Shown here piece after piece: positions 9,849 to 20,566 of a stretch of DNA of 64,000 nt. Below the pieces are notes generated by a model. That model was not told the DNA's origin, ran no database searches, and saw only the letters and a program-made list of their open reading frames with translations. A program made the translations under genes and the position numbers. This DNA comes from Phormidium sp. (lineage in GTDB: Bacteria > Cyanobacteriota > Cyanobacteriia > Cyanobacteriales > Aerosakkonemataceae): assembly GCA_051013385.1 (NCBI GenBank), contig CP143273.1, positions 832,001 through 896,000 of the forward strand, read 5' to 3'. Position 1 is the first letter of the stretch, and each line of letters opens with the position of its first letter.

Positions 9849-10937
9849 ATGACTGATTTCTCTTCAGATACTCCCAATCCTAACTCCCAACCAACTGATG
9901 TCGATGTGGATGCTTTGCTGCTGAGTCTCCGCCGCAAGGAAGGTACTTGGGTGGAGTGGGGACAAGCTTGCCAAAATCTGCAAAAAGCAGGTTTAAGTTC
10001 CCAAAAAATCTTTGAGGAAACTGGTTTTGAGCCAATTCACCAAAATCAGGTGATTGTAGCGGCTCAAGTATACATTAGCATGATGAATGCTGGTGTGTCG
10101 GAGCAGGTGCGATCGCATTTCCAGAAAACCGGAAGTGATTCTTTGTACGAGTTTCGCATTCTGACTCAACCTGAACGAGCAGCAGCGGCTACGTTTACTT
10201 TAACTCATGGGTTGAATTCTGAAGATGCCAAAGAAGTGGCGAAGGCGATGAAGGATTTTTCCCGCCTAAGAGTTCCGCCTACTGGGTTTAGCAATAATGC
10301 TGGTGATGCGGTAGCTTACCATTATTGGAGGTTAGCGCGACAACAGTCGGATTTACAAGAGCGATCGCGTTTAATCGCTAAAGGGTTAAGATTTGCTCAA
10401 ACTGATAGTGCTAGGCAACAAGTAGAAAAGTTGCTAATTGATTTTAGCGTTACTCCCAAACGTCCGGCTCCGATTTTACCTTTTTACAGGTTGGAAACGG
10501 AAGAACAAATGCCTCGCTTGTTGCCAGTTGTGGGGAAAATGCCGATGTCGGTGGCGGATTTAAAGGCGGTGCCTTTGGTTGAAGAAGATGGCCCTTTCCG
10601 TATGGTACAATTTTCCGGTCAAGGTGCTTGGGTGGCAGTTCCCGGTTGGCAAGTTTTGTTAAAAGCGGAAGATCCTGTGGCGGTTTTGTGCGATCGATCT
10701 TTGCTTCCTAATCAAGATCCTAACTTTAAAGAAGAGGTTTTGGTGGTGATCGATCGAAGTCAACGTGAATGGGACGATTCTAGTTATTTTGCTTTTGCAC
10801 AAGGCGAAGTTTTACAATTTCAATGGTTTGATGAGTCGCCGGAAGAATCTTTACTTGGTAAGCTGATTCTTATTTTGAATCCTAAGCGCATTTTAGATGA
10901 GGATTTGACTAAGGATGTTTGGCAAATTGATGAGTAG
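9849..10937 (+). CDS. raf1: RuBisCO accumulation factor 1
   Basis: LRRKEGTWVEWGQAC...IFEETGFEPIHQNQVIVAAQVY; C-terminal WQIDE. Confidence 0.92.
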   Translation: MTDFSSDTPNPNSQPTDVDVDALLLSLRRKEGTWVEWGQACQNLQKAGLSSQKIFEETGFEPIHQNQVIVAAQVYISMMNAGVSEQVRSHFQKTGSDSLYEFRILTQPERAAAATFTLTHGLNSEDAKEVAKAMKDFSRLRVPPTGFSNNAGDAVAYHYWRLARQQSDLQERSRLIAKGLRFAQTDSARQQVEKLLIDFSVTPKRPAPILPFYRLETEEQMPRLLPVVGKMPMSVADLKAVPLVEEDGPFRMVQFSGQGAWVAVPGWQVLLKAEDPVAVLCDRSLLPNQDPNFKEEVLVVIDRSQREWDDSSYFAFAQGEVLQFQWFDESPEESLLGKLILILNPKRILDEDLTKDVWQIDE

Positions 10938-11037
10938 TTGTTTGTCATTGGTTATTTGTCATTTGTCTTTAGACTTCTGATAAATGTTCCGAATGTTTTT
11001 TTAGTTTAACAAATGACCAATGACATAAGACCAATAA

Positions 11038-12693
11038 CTAATGACACTTGTACTTTTGATATGGTACGCCGATTCGGTAATAAGCTGCTGAATCTTTGCT
11101 GCATTTAGTTTGCGGGGAAATGGCTAATTTTTCTGGGTAGTTGTCTCTTTTTAATCCCGGTGCAACTACCCATAAGTTTAAGGGAAGTTTTGGCGGTTTG
11201 GGTAATTTAGCCAGACTTTCCCAAACTGTTGGATAACCAGAAGTTGCTGAAAGAAAGGCGAATTTTGGACAAGTTAGGCTGTTATTTTGACAAAGTTTTG
11301 GCTGATATTTGTCGATTCCTAATGCAAAACTTAGTCCTAATGCTATATCTTGCGTGTCTTTATATGCCATTACCACCATTAAAGGAATCGATGGTTCTTG
11401 CAGCATATTTTTTGCTACTCTTTGGGGATTATAAGGTTTTTCCAAGGCTAACCCGTTGACTACGAAAATACAACTAATTAATCCAGCTAATATCAGGTAA
11501 TTTATGGTCGATCGCCTTTTTTCCCCATCTCTCGCCACTAAACTAGCAGCTAACAATCCACAAAAACTCGGATAATATACAAAATTATAACGCGGTGCAA
11601 CTGTTATATCTTTACCTAAAATGTAAATAATGGCAAAAAATTCTAACAGCACAAATATGGTAAAACTTCCTAATGTTAAAGCCGCTAAATGTGTCTGCGG
11701 ATTTTGCCAAAGTTGTTTAATTCCTTGAACTACTTGCCATCCTAACCAAATCCCAAAAATTAACATTAATATTCCCAAAGGAATAGCAACCCAAAGCGGT
11801 TGACTTTCCACTGGCAAAATTATTACCATTAATAGCCAACCTAGCAAAGTTTGAGCAAAAGGAATAATATGTTCTGGTTGGGATAACCAGTCAGTTTCGG
11901 GACGATTAGAATGTCCTAAAACTACTGGTAGCCAAGGTAAAAAAAGCAGGAAAGGTAAGAGGGAAAAACTAGTGTAAATTAATAAATACTTGGCTTTTGG
12001 TTTTCCTTGATACAATAATACTAAAAGTGTGGCGATTTCGGCAAGGATAACTAAAATAAAAAAGTAATGAATGTAAAGACCAATGCTGTTAATTATTACC
12101 CAAATTAACCAAAATAATAACCGTATTTGTTGCCCAAAAATGTCTTGTTGAATTTGAATTAAGGTGATTAATGAAAGGGTAATTAAAAATAGTGGTAAAG
12201 TGTAATGTCTTGCTTCTTGGGAAAGGTAAACGGCGAAAGGTGAAACCGCCATTACAGCTGCACCAACTAAACCTGCTGTTTTGCTAAAGGCAATGCGATT
12301 CAGGTAATATAGGGATACGATCGCACTCACTCCAAACAACGCCGGAAGCGATCGCAAAACCCAAACTAAACTATGTTTAACTGGACTATTTAAACCAGTT
12401 TCTACCCAAGCGTGCATTAAACAAAAAAATCCCGGTGGATGGGTAGAATACTTGATGATATTGTGCGCTATTGCTGGACAACTGGAGGCAGGATTTAAAG
12501 TGAAAATTTCTCGGAAACTCGTTAAGGGTAAAACCACATCTAAAGGGACATTTTCGTAGGTTTTTCCCAGGCTAAATAAAGCGGTAATTACTTCATCTAG
12601 CCATAAAGGTTTTAGTTCTAAATTCCAGAATCTTACGGTTGTTCCTGCGATGAGGACGATCGCTAAACCCAGATAATGACGAGAAAATTTCAT
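11038..12693 (-). CDS. GT39/PMT-like integral membrane glycosyltransferase
   Basis: RFWNL..KPLWLDE, HPP and SQEARHY motifs; multiple TM segments. Confidence 0.85.
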   Translation of the reverse strand: MKFSRHYLGLAIVLIAGTTVRFWNLELKPLWLDEVITALFSLGKTYENVPLDVVLPLTSFREIFTLNPASSCPAIAHNIIKYSTHPPGFFCLMHAWVETGLNSPVKHSLVWVLRSLPALFGVSAIVSLYYLNRIAFSKTAGLVGAAVMAVSPFAVYLSQEARHYTLPLFLITLSLITLIQIQQDIFGQQIRLLFWLIWVIINSIGLYIHYFFILVILAEIATLLVLLYQGKPKAKYLLIYTSFSLLPFLLFLPWLPVVLGHSNRPETDWLSQPEHIIPFAQTLLGWLLMVIILPVESQPLWVAIPLGILMLIFGIWLGWQVVQGIKQLWQNPQTHLAALTLGSFTIFVLLEFFAIIYILGKDITVAPRYNFVYYPSFCGLLAASLVARDGEKRRSTINYLILAGLISCIFVVNGLALEKPYNPQRVAKNMLQEPSIPLMVVMAYKDTQDIALGLSFALGIDKYQPKLCQNNSLTCPKFAFLSATSGYPTVWESLAKLPKPPKLPLNLWVVAPGLKRDNYPEKLAISPQTKCSKDSAAYYRIGVPYQKYKCH

Positions 12694-12697
12694 TCCT

Positions 12698-14122
12698 TTA
12701 CCTTGGCAAAATAGAAGGAGGTAAAGGTTTTCTCAGAAAAGTAGCAATTTCCTGCAATAACCATTCTTTTTCCAAAATAGTTAACTCACTACCAAAACGG
12801 TGAATTTTTACTCCTTCAATTAAAGCACAAGCTGTTGTTATTTGCGGCTGTTCCTCTTTTAAGAGAATAGCCAACATCTCATCTTCTCCACGAATAAAGC
12901 AATTTAGTTCTACTCTTTCAATATGCTTCGTTTTTCCTTGAACTTGATAGAAGACCCCGAGACAAGACCATTTTATTTTAAAGTTTTCTCGGTCAATTTC
13001 TATCTGGGTACGCCCCAGTAATTTAAAAATAGGATTTTTCACTGTCTTGAACCCAAACATTAAAAGAATTAGGAACAATAACAGTAAGAACACCAGGAAT
13101 AAGAAGGAACTAAAAGTTGTTATACTGTAAACCAAACTCACTAAAGTTATAAACAGGTAATATGATAGGATTAGTAATATCAACCCAGCAGTACAACTCG
13201 CAAAGTCTCTATCTAACCAACCAAATCGCGGAATTTCTACTACTAACTTTCTTTCGTTTTTACTAAAGGTAATCCGACTACCAATTGGACGATTATGTTT
13301 TGGAACAAGTACTCCTTCTCCCTGTAATACACTTAAAGCTTCTTTAGCAGTTAAAAATCGGTCTTCTACAGCAGGTTCTAACAGTTTTTCTAACCAATCA
13401 GCTAATTCTGTTGATATTGTTGTTTGGGAACGGAAGTTAATTTTTAGTTGGCGATAAGGAAATTCTGAGGGAGATTTGTGAGTGATTAAATATAGCAAAG
13501 TTGCCCCTAATCCATACAAATCTGTGGCAGGATAACCTTGTCCCCGAAATTGTTCTGGTGCCATGTAACCATAAGTACCAACTACTGTACTTCCGCCACT
13601 AAATGTGGTTTGGTAAGTCGTTTTCACTGCACCAAAATCTACTAAAAATATGCCGCCGTCTTTACGCCGAATAATATTTTGTGGTTTGAGATCTCGGTGA
13701 ATAACTGGTGGTGTGAGTGTGTGTAAATAGGTGAGAATATCTAAAAGTTGGCTGGCTAATTGGCGAACTTCGCTTTCTGTGGCGTGCCATCCGCTTTGAA
13801 CTAAAGAAAAAAGCGATCGCCCTTCTACCAATTCTTGCACTAAATAAAAGCTGTGATTGTTTGGCGTTTCAACCTGAAAATAATCTAAATATTTCGGTAA
13901 ACAAGGATGGTTTAAATTGGATAAAACCCGCGCTTCTCTTTCAAAAAGTTCTAAAGCTTTCCAGTCTTGTGCGCGGTTGAGAGATAGCGATTTAATTGCT
14001 ACCCTACCTTGAGTTTGCAAATCTTGGGCTTCGTAGGTTGTCCCCATTCCTCCTTGTCCCAGGATATTCACAATCTGATAACGTTGAGCGATAATTTCTT
14101 CTGGTTGGTGCAGCAGTTCCAT
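12698..14122 (-). CDS. Ser/Thr protein kinase with TM segments
   Basis: LGQGGMG, VAIK, HRDLKPQN, DFG and YMAPE. Confidence 0.92.
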   Translation of the reverse strand: MELLHQPEEIIAQRYQIVNILGQGGMGTTYEAQDLQTQGRVAIKSLSLNRAQDWKALELFEREARVLSNLNHPCLPKYLDYFQVETPNNHSFYLVQELVEGRSLFSLVQSGWHATESEVRQLASQLLDILTYLHTLTPPVIHRDLKPQNIIRRKDGGIFLVDFGAVKTTYQTTFSGGSTVVGTYGYMAPEQFRGQGYPATDLYGLGATLLYLITHKSPSEFPYRQLKINFRSQTTISTELADWLEKLLEPAVEDRFLTAKEALSVLQGEGVLVPKHNRPIGSRITFSKNERKLVVEIPRFGWLDRDFASCTAGLILLILSYYLFITLVSLVYSITTFSSFLFLVFLLLLFLILLMFGFKTVKNPIFKLLGRTQIEIDRENFKIKWSCLGVFYQVQGKTKHIERVELNCFIRGEDEMLAILLKEEQPQITTACALIEGVKIHRFGSELTILEKEWLLQEIATFLRKPLPPSILPR

Positions 14123-14492
14123 AAGATTTGTTTGGCTGAGGAATTGTAAACGATTTTAATATCTCGGTCAATGGTAGAATCTCTTTATAAAATTTTACAT
14201 TACCTAACCATTGACATCTAAAGGATTCTGTGTTAATTGCTAGTTAACAATCACAAAGCACAAGCTTTTTGATGATAATATTTCCAATTTTAAGAAAGTT
14301 TCCCTAAATCTGCATCGGTAACTTCAAGTCGCAGCTAGTTAATTTCGTTTTGTCCGAAATTGATGAGTTATAGAGAAGTAAAAAGCTACTTATTTGGCGA
14401 TAATTAGACTAAAATTTTCTGTAATAGTCCAATAACAAAGGACTTCAACTATTAGATGCGGAAACTTAATGTTTATTATTAATTTTGCCTGA

Positions 14493-16796
14493 ATGAATTT
14501 TAATATCGAACCAGCACTACAAAAAATTAGAAATAGCTTGCGATCGGGACAAAGACAAATGGCTGACTGGCGATCGGGCCCTTTAGCGGTGTCAGCGGTT
14601 CCAGGTGCGGGAAAATCGACGGGGATGGCGGGTGCAGCGGCGATCGCGATCGCCCGTCACCAACTCCACAACCGCAAGCAATTAGTAGTTGTCACTTTCA
14701 CCCGTTCTGCAGCCGCTAATATTAAAGCCAAAATCCGCGAATATTTGCGAGAAAAATTATCTATACCCCAAACAGGTTTTGTAGTTCAAACTTTACATGG
14801 TTTAGCCTTAAATATTGCTACCCGTTATCCAGATTTATCCGGTTTAAATTTAGACAATCTCACAGTAATTAATGCTAATCAAAGTCACCGTTTAATTCGC
14901 GCCGCAGTGGAAAAATGGATTATTGATTATCCCCGACAGTTTCAAATTTTACTCGAAGGTATACAATTTGATGGCGAAGAAACGGAAAGATTGCGCCGTC
15001 AGTCGGTGTTAAGAACGGAAGTTTTACCTGATTTGGCGAGAACGGTAATTCATGAGGCGAAAAGTTCCGGTTACTTACCGAAAAAACTTGGGGAAATTAG
15101 CGAAAAATCCACTGATGGCTATGGGATTTTGGCGATCGCAGCCCGACTCTACCAAAATTACCAAGAATTACTCAAAGCCCGTGATTTTATCGACTACGAT
15201 GAAATGATTTTATCAGCTTTAAGGGTTTTGGAAAATCCCAGCGCCAGGAGAACTTTACAAAGTCAAGTATTCGCTGTTTTTGAAGATGAAGCCCAAGATT
15301 CTTCCCCTTTACAAACCAGACTTTTAGAAATTCTCTCCACAGATCCCGATCGTCCCGAAGCACCACCTAATTTAGTCAGAGTTGGCGACCCAAATCAAGC
15401 AATTAATTCCACTTTTACCCCCGCAGATCCAATTTATTTTCGCCGTTTCTGCAATGAGTGTGAAACCAAAAGTTTATTAGCAACAATGGATCGGGCGGGT
15501 CGCAGTAGTCAGGTAATTATTAATGCGGCTAACTTCGTTTTAAGCTGGGTAAATAACTCGAAATTAGCGGGAACAGAACAACCTTTTCGCCCCCAAATGA
15601 TTTTACCTGTGGATATAAACGATCCGCAACCTGATGCTAATCCTACCCCAGTTGGTCGAGGTGTAGAAATTTACCTTCCTAAAGATACTTACCAAAGTGT
15701 CAAGTTAATTGGTCAAAGGGTAATTGAACTTTTTGCCGAATTTCCCCAGGAACGAAGGTCAGCAGCAGTATTAGTAAGAACTAACGACCAAGGGCGATTT
15801 GTGCATCAACAATTAAAGCAGGAATTTGGAACTCAAATCGAGATTTATGAAGTTGCAGAACGCGATCGTCATTCTCACGTTCCCGCTGAAGCTTTATCTT
15901 TGCTGCAATTTCTCGATCGGCCCCATTCCCCCGACTACTTAAAATCCGCCTTAGAAGTATTAGTCACCAGACAATTAATTCCCCCCCAAGATTTGAACGC
16001 CCTTGCTAGTTTACCAGAACAATTCCTCTATCCCAGCCCTCTCGATCCACCCCAATCAGAAGATGTCATAAAAGCCAGTAGTTTTTGTCGCAAATTACTC
16101 CGCGCCAGATTAGAATTACCCATTTATCAAATGATTACTTTTTTGGCATTAGCGTTAAATTACGACCAAACAGAACTAGCAACTGCTGACAAATTAGCCG
16201 AAAGAATAGCCCGACAAATCGCTGGTTCTCTGTCCATGAATAACATCCTCAATGCTTTAAGTGAAATCGTCAGTTCCGAGAGATTTGAACCAGTAGATAC
16301 CGAAGCCAACGAAAGCCAATATACTCAACCGGGAAGATTAACTATAATCACAATGCACAAAGCCAAAGGGTTAGATTGGGATTATGTATTTCTGCCATTT
16401 TTACACGCAAATATGATTCCCGGAAACCTGCGAGTACCCGCCCCAGCCCAATTTTTAGGCAACTTTACTTTAGCAGAAGTCGCCCGTGCCCAAATTCGCG
16501 CCAGCCTACATAATGAAGAAGCAGAATTACCAGAAATCATGGATGCTTGGGAACAAGCAGGTTATTTAAAAACAGCTGAAGAATTTCGTCTTTTATATGT
16601 AGCAATGACGAGAGCAAAACGATTATTATGGATGTCAGCTGCTCAAAAAGCACCTTTTATTTGGAGTAAACCGGAAAATTTACAAGATCAACTACCTTGC
16701 CCGATTTTACCAGCTTTAATGAGTAAATTTCCCCGATCAGTAATAGGACTTACGCACTCAGATCCCCCAACCCCCTTACCAAGGGGGCTTTCTTAA
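14493..16796 (+). CDS. UvrD/REP-family ATP-dependent helicase
   Basis: AVPGAGKS, TFTRSAA, DEAQD, VGDPNQAI, TMHKAKGLDWD and LLYVAMTRA. Confidence 0.92.
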   Translation: MNFNIEPALQKIRNSLRSGQRQMADWRSGPLAVSAVPGAGKSTGMAGAAAIAIARHQLHNRKQLVVVTFTRSAAANIKAKIREYLREKLSIPQTGFVVQTLHGLALNIATRYPDLSGLNLDNLTVINANQSHRLIRAAVEKWIIDYPRQFQILLEGIQFDGEETERLRRQSVLRTEVLPDLARTVIHEAKSSGYLPKKLGEISEKSTDGYGILAIAARLYQNYQELLKARDFIDYDEMILSALRVLENPSARRTLQSQVFAVFEDEAQDSSPLQTRLLEILSTDPDRPEAPPNLVRVGDPNQAINSTFTPADPIYFRRFCNECETKSLLATMDRAGRSSQVIINAANFVLSWVNNSKLAGTEQPFRPQMILPVDINDPQPDANPTPVGRGVEIYLPKDTYQSVKLIGQRVIELFAEFPQERRSAAVLVRTNDQGRFVHQQLKQEFGTQIEIYEVAERDRHSHVPAEALSLLQFLDRPHSPDYLKSALEVLVTRQLIPPQDLNALASLPEQFLYPSPLDPPQSEDVIKASSFCRKLLRARLELPIYQMITFLALALNYDQTELATADKLAERIARQIAGSLSMNNILNALSEIVSSERFEPVDTEANESQYTQPGRLTIITMHKAKGLDWDYVFLPFLHANMIPGNLRVPAPAQFLGNFTLAEVARAQIRASLHNEEAELPEIMDAWEQAGYLKTAEEFRLLYVAMTRAKRLLWMSAAQKAPFIWSKPENLQDQLPCPILPALMSKFPRSVIGLTHSDPPTPLPRGLS

Positions 16797-16860
16797 ATTC
16801 CCCCCTTGGTAAGGGGGGCTAGGGGGGATCGGGATTTCAGGCAAAGAGTGCGTAAGTCCT
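16745..16860. mobile_element. MITE-like element with terminal inverted repeats, overlapping the helicase 3' end
   Basis: TAGGACTTACGCACTC (16744-16759) and GAGTGCGTAAGTCCTA (16846-16861); internal CCCCCTTACCAAGGGGG hairpins; flanks cagtaat/aagtaat. Confidence 0.82.
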
Positions 16861-16909
16861 AAGTAATTTCTTGATCAATGATTTCCAGTTAATTAATAGT
16901 TAAATCTAA

Positions 16910-17311
16910 TTATTCAGTAAACAAGCTCGGATCTACATGAAAAAAATCTGCAATTTTTCTAGCTTGTTCTGGAGTCATTTTAGCTTGTCCTTGCACCATC
17001 TCATCAACCGCAGTTGTTGAACCTAACACAGCTTGTAGATCCGTGATGCTTTTACCAGAATCTTCTAAAAGAAACAAAAGCATTGATTGTGAATTATTCT
17101 GCTGATTAGGCTGATAATATTCTTGCTCAAACTTTTCAATTAAAGTAACTAAAAGCTGATATAATTCATCTTCTTCAGGAGTCCGTTTTCGGTGCATTAA
17201 ATCTTCGACAATAGCTAAAGCTTTCTCATTCTCTGCTTCAGTTTTTATCACTCTGGGAAGATAAGTTATTAATAATTGTTTGTAATTCTCAGGATTAAAA
17301 GTAAGGGTCAT
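16910..17311 (-). CDS. higA: HigA-type antitoxin (HTH)
   Basis: MTLTFNPENY...PRVIKTEAENEKAL...LIEKFEQEYY plus a C-terminal HTH; overlaps the toxin stop. Confidence 0.85.
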   Translation of the reverse strand: MTLTFNPENYKQLLITYLPRVIKTEAENEKALAIVEDLMHRKRTPEEDELYQLLVTLIEKFEQEYYQPNQQNNSQSMLLFLLEDSGKSITDLQAVLGSTTAVDEMVQGQAKMTPEQARKIADFFHVDPSLFTE

Positions 17312-17594
17312 TTTTCCATTGTTCCTCATCATACTCAGCATGGGTTAACACATATTTAATAAAAATTAATTGTCCTTCATAATCTATACTAACAATCAAG
17401 CGATATTTATTACCTTTAATATTAAAGACCGTAAAATTTCCTACTGCCTCCGCTTTAGGAAAAACCAGCTGTACTTCAACTAAATTTGACCAATTGGCTT
17501 TACTAGCAATTTTATACCAGTTGCTCAGGGCTTCTTTGCAGTCAGCATCACTTTTTGCGTAATCTCTTAAAGTTTTATAACTAATTACGTGCAT
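17295..17594 (-). CDS. higB: HigB-type mRNA interferase toxin
   Basis: MHVIS...W...VFNIKGNKYRLIV.IDY...IFIKYVLTHAEYD. Confidence 0.9.
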   Translation of the reverse strand: MHVISYKTLRDYAKSDADCKEALSNWYKIASKANWSNLVEVQLVFPKAEAVGNFTVFNIKGNKYRLIVSIDYEGQLIFIKYVLTHAEYDEEQWKNDPYF

Positions 17595-17831
17595 TTTAAA
17601 TTAAAGTATCATCTTTATCATTAAAATAACCGATAGTAATATAGGTGAACTTTACATATTTCAATATATTACATTTAGCAATCAGTCAACCAAAATATGA
17701 GAAAATAAACAGGCAAAAGAAAAGTATGTTACCTTCCTTTTGCCTGAAACAGCTTTAGCCTTTCTTTGTCTATATTCTTTGTAGCATCTAGACCAAACAG
17801 TTAACTTCATCCATTTGGATCATCCAACTGG

Positions 17832-18155
17832 TTAATTTTGCAGTAACATCTCATTACTAATTTTACAAGCCCGGTAAAACAGAAAATTAATGGTTGTTGG
17901 AGATGGTGCTTTCAGAACACTTGCCTCATACACAGAAACTAAAAACTTAATTTCTTCCCTAGCAATCTGTCTCAACTGTGGCGAAAGTGCAGCAGCTAAA
18001 AAAGTGTAAGAATCTACTGCTTCTGCTAACAAATCTAAAATTTCTTCTGGGGTAGCATCTTGATATTGCAACTCTCGTTCTGCTAAAACCCCTTGTAACT
18101 GGAAATCATCCCATGTTTCAGTCACGATTTTTGAATCGAGCAAATTTTTCATCAT
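17832..18155 (-). CDS. Hypothetical protein
   Basis: 107-aa ORF with AAGGAG upstream; no recognised motif. Confidence 0.55.
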   Translation of the reverse strand: MMKNLLDSKIVTETWDDFQLQGVLAERELQYQDATPEEILDLLAEAVDSYTFLAAALSPQLRQIAREEIKFLVSVYEASVLKAPSPTTINFLFYRACKISNEMLLQN

Positions 18156-18280
18156 TTCAGGTAATTTGTTGACTCAGGTTCAACTCCTTACTTTTAAGTT
18201 AAAACTTGCTCTGGAAATAAGCCTCATGCTATAGATTCACCTTGTTGGGTGATTGACTAACTCATCATTGTTCAAATCGC

Positions 18281-18970
18281 TTAAAAATTTTCTTGAATCG
18301 TTTTCAGGAATGCTTCCGAGTTGGCGATCGCACCAAACACACCACCCTGCATGGTAATCATTTTCAACGCCGCTAAATAATTGCCGTAGTCGGTTGCTCC
18401 GGTACAATCAGATAACAGTAAGCATTCATATCCGCGATCGTTCGCTTCCCTCATCGTAGTATGCACGCAAACATCCGTAGTAATTCCGGTTAAAACAATA
18501 TTTTGAATCCCTTTTTTTCTCAGCAATAAATCCAAATCTGTAGCGTAAAAACTGCCTTTTCCTGGCTTATCAATAATCGTTTCTCCAGGTATTGGTGCAA
18601 GTTCGGGAATAATTTCCCATCCCGCCTCACCTCTAACTAATATTTTACCACAAGGGCCAATATCGCCAATTCCCGCACCAATTTGACGACTCCGCCATTG
18701 CTTATTTTCTGGTAAATCAGATAAATCATTTCGATGTCCTTCGCGAGTGTGCATGATGTGAAAATTCTTAGCGCGAAGCACTTCTAAAACTTTCTTAATT
18801 GGCTCAATTGGCGCTCTAGTTAACGATAAATCATAACCCATTTTATCCACATAACCACCAATCCCACAGAAATCAGTTTGCATATCAATTACTAGCAAAA
18901 CTGTATTCTCTGGGCGTAAATCCCCATTAAAAGGAAAAGGATAAGGTTCAGATTCTACAAAACATCCCAT
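18281..18970 (-). CDS. biuH: Cysteine hydrolase, biuret hydrolase (BiuH)-like
   Basis: [53 protein letters not shown] and MQGGVFG closely match characterised BiuH as I recall it. Confidence 0.8.
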   Translation of the reverse strand: MGCFVESEPYPFPFNGDLRPENTVLLVIDMQTDFCGIGGYVDKMGYDLSLTRAPIEPIKKVLEVLRAKNFHIMHTREGHRNDLSDLPENKQWRSRQIGAGIGDIGPCGKILVRGEAGWEIIPELAPIPGETIIDKPGKGSFYATDLDLLLRKKGIQNIVLTGITTDVCVHTTMREANDRGYECLLLSDCTGATDYGNYLAALKMITMQGGVFGAIANSEAFLKTIQENF

Positions 18971-19054
18971 ATATAGCACTATTTAACCATCAATTAAGAT
19001 GTACAAGATTATCATCACATCGTTGGTAGCAAAAACCACTTTTCCCCAAATAAA

Positions 19055-20440
19055 TTAATGAAATGGTAAAGCAATGACAAATTCTACTCCTTTTCCCGGT
19101 ACAGAATTACAAGTTAACTTACCTCCATGTTTTTCTACTACAATTTGATGACTAATAGATAATCCTAAACCAGTGCCTTTTCCCAAAGGTTTAGTAGTAA
19201 ATAAAGGCTCAAAAAGATGGGCTTGCGCTTCAGGTAACATTCCGGGGCCATTATCATGAATCCGAATTAGAATTTGCTGTTCTTTTGCATTAACTTCTGT
19301 GCCGATCGCGATCGTACTGGGATTTAGTTCTAATTCTGCGTAAGAGTAAGCTTGACTGTACTCATCAAAAGCATCAATGGCATTAGAAAGCAGATTCATA
19401 AATACCTGATTCAGTTGTCCAGCATAACATTTTACTAAAGGCAAGTTCCCGTAGTCTTTTATAATGTCGATCGCTGGACGATTTTCATTAGCTTTGAGAC
19501 GATGCTTCAAAATCATTAATGTACTATCTATTCCCTCATGGATATTCACTGCTACTTTGGCACTAGTATCCGCTCGCGAAAAAATTCTTAAAGAAACGCT
19601 TATTTGATTAATTCTATTAGTTCCTGTTTGCATGGAAGCCACTAAACTTGGTAAATCTTCCACCAAAAAATCCAAATCAATTTCTTCAGCATGATCTGCA
19701 ATTTCCGCGCCGGGATCGGGAAATTCTTGTTGGTAAAGATGTAAGTGTTTTAGCAAATCTTCGATATATTTTTCCGCATGAGTCAGATTAACGGCAATAA
19801 AGTTAATCGGATTATTAATTTCGTGCGCTACCCCAGCAACTAATTGTCCAAGGGTAGACATCTTTTCTTTTTGAACTAATTGCAGTTGCGCTTTTTGCAA
19901 ATCATACATTGCTTTAGTCAGTTCAGCCGTGCGTTCTTCTACCCGTTTCTCTAATTCCTCTGTCAACTTTTGTAATCTAGCTTCGACGGCAATTTTATCT
20001 TGAATTTCTTGTTTTAGTAATTGATTTTGTTTGGCTAGTGATTTAGTTAATTTGCGGATTTTTAAATGTGTTTTAACACGGGCTAAGACTTCCTCTTGGC
20101 GAAACGGTTTTGTGATATAATCTACTGCTCCTAAATTCATGCCTTTAACTTTATCTACCGGATCGGAAAGAGCCGTCATAAAAATAATCGGAACTGCACT
20201 TGTAAAAGGGTTAGATTTCAGCCTTTGGCAAATTTCAAATCCGTCAGGCCCCGGCATCAACACATCTAGTAAAATTAGATCGGGCAATTCTTCTGCTACT
20301 TTCTCAATAGCTGTTTCACCATCTCTGGCAATCCAAACGGTAAATCCCGATTCTTCCAATAATTCGGAAAGTAACATTATATTAGTAGGACTATCATCAA
20401 TGATTAAGATCGCTTCTTTTTCAGGGGATTCAGGCGACAT
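19055..20440 (-). CDS. Hybrid response regulator-histidine kinase
   Basis: N-terminal receiver (IIDD, LLDVLMP, YITKPF); H-box AHEINNP; N box, DNGPG and GTGLGL boxes. Confidence 0.92.
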   Translation of the reverse strand: MSPESPEKEAILIIDDSPTNIMLLSELLEESGFTVWIARDGETAIEKVAEELPDLILLDVLMPGPDGFEICQRLKSNPFTSAVPIIFMTALSDPVDKVKGMNLGAVDYITKPFRQEEVLARVKTHLKIRKLTKSLAKQNQLLKQEIQDKIAVEARLQKLTEELEKRVEERTAELTKAMYDLQKAQLQLVQKEKMSTLGQLVAGVAHEINNPINFIAVNLTHAEKYIEDLLKHLHLYQQEFPDPGAEIADHAEEIDLDFLVEDLPSLVASMQTGTNRINQISVSLRIFSRADTSAKVAVNIHEGIDSTLMILKHRLKANENRPAIDIIKDYGNLPLVKCYAGQLNQVFMNLLSNAIDAFDEYSQAYSYAELELNPSTIAIGTEVNAKEQQILIRIHDNGPGMLPEAQAHLFEPLFTTKPLGKGTGLGLSISHQIVVEKHGGKLTCNSVPGKGVEFVIALPFH

Positions 20441-20566
20441 ATATTGGCTTCCTGTTTTTACTAATGCACTCTATAAGTTTTTAGTACCCATTTTTTCTTT
20501 AGCATTAATCATTACCTCTAGCTCTAGGTGGAAAGTTGTTACTAATCTTAATGAATTTACTTAGAA

